Source: Strigamia acuminata
Taxonomy: Eukaryota
Direction of reading: 5' to 3'
Assembly (NCBI GenBank): GCA_949358305.1
Contig: OX442314.1
Coordinates: 23,064,001-23,128,000, forward strand
Length of the DNA stretch: 64,000 nt
This document shows, in pieces, positions 61,601-64,000 of the stretch; position 1 is the stretch's first letter; each line of letters starts with the position of its first letter. A program made the position numbers and the translations under genes. A model generated the notes under the pieces. That model was not told the DNA's origin and did no database searches. It was given only the letters and a program-made list of their open reading frames with translations.

Positions 61601-63636
61601 CAGTGTACTCATAAGTCAGTGTAGCCCGGGCATTGCACCAGGGTCCAGACAGCTGTGTGGTCCGGATAGGGTTGGTCGTTTTCATTAAAATTTTTAATGA
61701 AATATGTTGTGTTCTGACTTGCGTATTAGATGTAATAATTGTTATGGCAACAATAAATGTATGCATTGTTGCCGCGGTTGGAATAAAAAGTTCAGTTGTT
61801 GTGAAAATGTGTAAATGAGTAGTTCATTTTCTGGGCCTCTCCTAGATGGTCAGGCCTAGGACATACTTAGTATTTTAGAACGATGAGATATACTAAATTG
61901 GCGCAGTCAATGGAACTTAACTTATGTGCGTGTGGACTGTGAACTCTTTAAAATAAATTTAGAAAATAAAAGAAATAAACGGGATTAAGCCTGAATTCGA
62001 GTTTGGAACGTTGGCCGTTCCAATGTGTTGTGCTGTGCCGAGTGGACAAGCTCTAGTTGCCGACTTTGGAGTTTTAAGCCGTTAGTTATCCGTGAGTAGC
62101 GGTAATTTGGCGGCGTTTGAATTTTTGCTGATGTTGCGACGTGAGTGTGACGTATTTGCGATTATTCTTTGAGGCGCCGTGTGACTCGACTGGAGTTCTA
62201 GTTTGCTGCGACTACCCATCGTGTGTGTGTGGTCAAGTAGTTCACACATAGCTGACTCTGGCTGGGTCGGTTGTGGGACGTTTTCTTGCGAGTAGCAAGG
62301 AGCACAGTTGTTGTGTAGTCGACATTCGGGTGCTGTTTTGGTGCAAGGAGCATCGTCTGTAGTGTGCCCTGGTATGGTCTGCTGAGATAGCAAGACGAGC
62401 TGTCTTTGGTCGTGGTTCTACTGTTGTGTCAAGAGACACTATGGTGCGACTTTCTTACTGTCGAGAAAACAGTAGTGACCACGTTGTTGCGTGGAAGACG
62501 GGTCGTCGAGGATTTCGACTAATTTCCGAGTTGCCAAGGAAGTCGACAAGTGTGTGGATTCGTCAAGCGAGGCCGACGCCGACTTTGGTTTGTCGAACGA
62601 CGTTGACGAGTGGTTTTGACTTGGTCAGCCAGCTGACTAGGCATGAGAGTAAAATTGATCAAGTGTCAGCAGTGGATGAGGCATTGGAGAAGCAGGATTT
62701 GCAAAGAGTGAGCACGGATTCGAGTGTGCTGGTTGAAGCAGGTTCAGACACTGTAGTGTCGCTGGATCCAGTGGCAGAGATTGCATCACAAGATCCAAGT
62801 GTTGCTCAAGGTCAAGCGGCAGTGGTGGTACAAGATCCAGTTGCAGATATCACCCTGGTTCAATGCAAGATCCTGGAACAGAGCTAGGAACACTCATTTT
62901 CCCAAAGTCTGGAGGGTCTTGGGACCATTATGTTGCGATAATAATTAAAGTTCAAATGAAAAATCTTATTAGTCTATTAAGCAAACGTTGAATTGTGGGG
63001 TTATATTCTCTTCACAATATATTCTCTTCATAATATATGTAATAAAGAGGCTAAAATCTATAAGTTGGAATTGATCAGAACTGCTAAATGTGAATTTGAA
63101 TCTACACTCTGAAATTTGGTTTCATCTCATTACTTGAAAATTGTTTATTTGTTAAAGAGAAGTGTAATTCCAAGTTGGGGAGTGATGTTGTGTTCTGACT
63201 TGCGTATTAGATGTAATAATTGTTATGGCAACAATAAATGTATGCATTGTTGCCTCGGTTGGGTTAGCAACTGAGGTGGAATAAAAAGTTCAGTTGTTGT
63301 GAAAATGTGTAAATGAGTAGTTCATTTTCTGGGCCTCTCCTAGATGGTCAGGCCTAGGACATACTTAGTATTTTAGAACAATGAGATATACTAAAAAATA
63401 GTTACACCGTATTTGGACTGCAAATTAGTTCGTGAATTCGATTAAATCGATAGTACGAGAAATCAATTCCAACTTGGCCGAGCAAAGTGCATCAAAAGTG
63501 GCCGGCGTGCAGCCCATTTCCATACGCTCTCCCTCCCTCAGACATTTTGTCCGACCAGCTGTATGGACCAGACATTCCTTAGTCTGGACAAATTTCTGGG
63601 ACCAGTCCTATGTCTGGGTTACACTAGAGTACACTG
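61601..63636. mobile_element. Tc1/mariner-type MITE interrupted by a nested LTR element
   Basis: Imperfect TIRs cagtgtactc..agtgtagcccgggcat / atgtctgggttacactagagtacactg|ta. The interior matches 45299-45560. Confidence 0.75.
61705..63395 (+). mobile_element. Non-autonomous LTR retroelement (TRIM/LARD-like), 1.69 kb
   Basis: Direct repeats 61705-61897 and 63186-63395; 5-bp TSD AAATA (61700-61704, 63396-63400); PBS-like TGGCGCAGTC at 61899; PPT-like GGGGAGTGA at 63177-63185; no gag or pol motifs. Confidence 0.9.
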
Positions 63637-64000
63637 TATCTACAAATTTGCAAATTTGTTCATGGAACTTACGTTTGGTGGTCAGAAATGACAAAACCAC
63701 AGAACAAGGAGTAGAATTCAACCGGCTAACTTGAGCAACAAAAAGTTATTATTTCTAGTTTATTTCACGCAAACTCGTATAATTTCTAAACATTGATTTC
63801 TCCATTATTACATCACAGCTTTGAGTTTAATGAAATTTAATAAAAAGTTGTGTTAGATTAATTTCCAATTTCTAAGCAGAATTGATTCCTTCTTTAGTTT
63901 TTGTATTTATTTTTTAATTCAATTTATTAAAAATTTATGTTAGATTAATTTCTAGTTTCTAAGCGAAATTGATTCCGCCTTTACTATTTGTATTTATATC

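Overview
AT-rich, intron-dense animal genomic DNA, most likely from an arthropod given the CPES-type enzymes and a divergent ionotropic receptor. Host genes are: the 3' part of a GABA-B receptor subunit 2 (+), a FAM151/menorin gene (-), two tandem ceramide phosphoethanolamine synthase paralogues (+), Cabin1 (+) and a divergent ionotropic receptor (-). Many MITEs are present, plus a short non-autonomous LTR element nested in a MITE. The standout is a very young, intact 11.8-kb Ty3/gypsy retrotransposon (46214-57975, minus). It has 631-bp LTRs differing at one visible base, a CGCT TSD, a tRNA-Pro PBS and a canonical -1 gag-pol frameshift signal. Between pol and the 3' LTR it carries a large non-env third gene. 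That gene has its own ATG exon and a sense-strand GT-AG intron that the ORF track misses, giving about 946 aa. The product is Arg/Glu-rich, has an NLS-like tract and carries an RxxRFG motif of the UAP56/DDX39B-binding type. With a hairpin-packed LTR, this resembles a complex-retrovirus-like (Tat/Rev/Tas-style) regulatory module in a retrotransposon. That function is inference and is untested.
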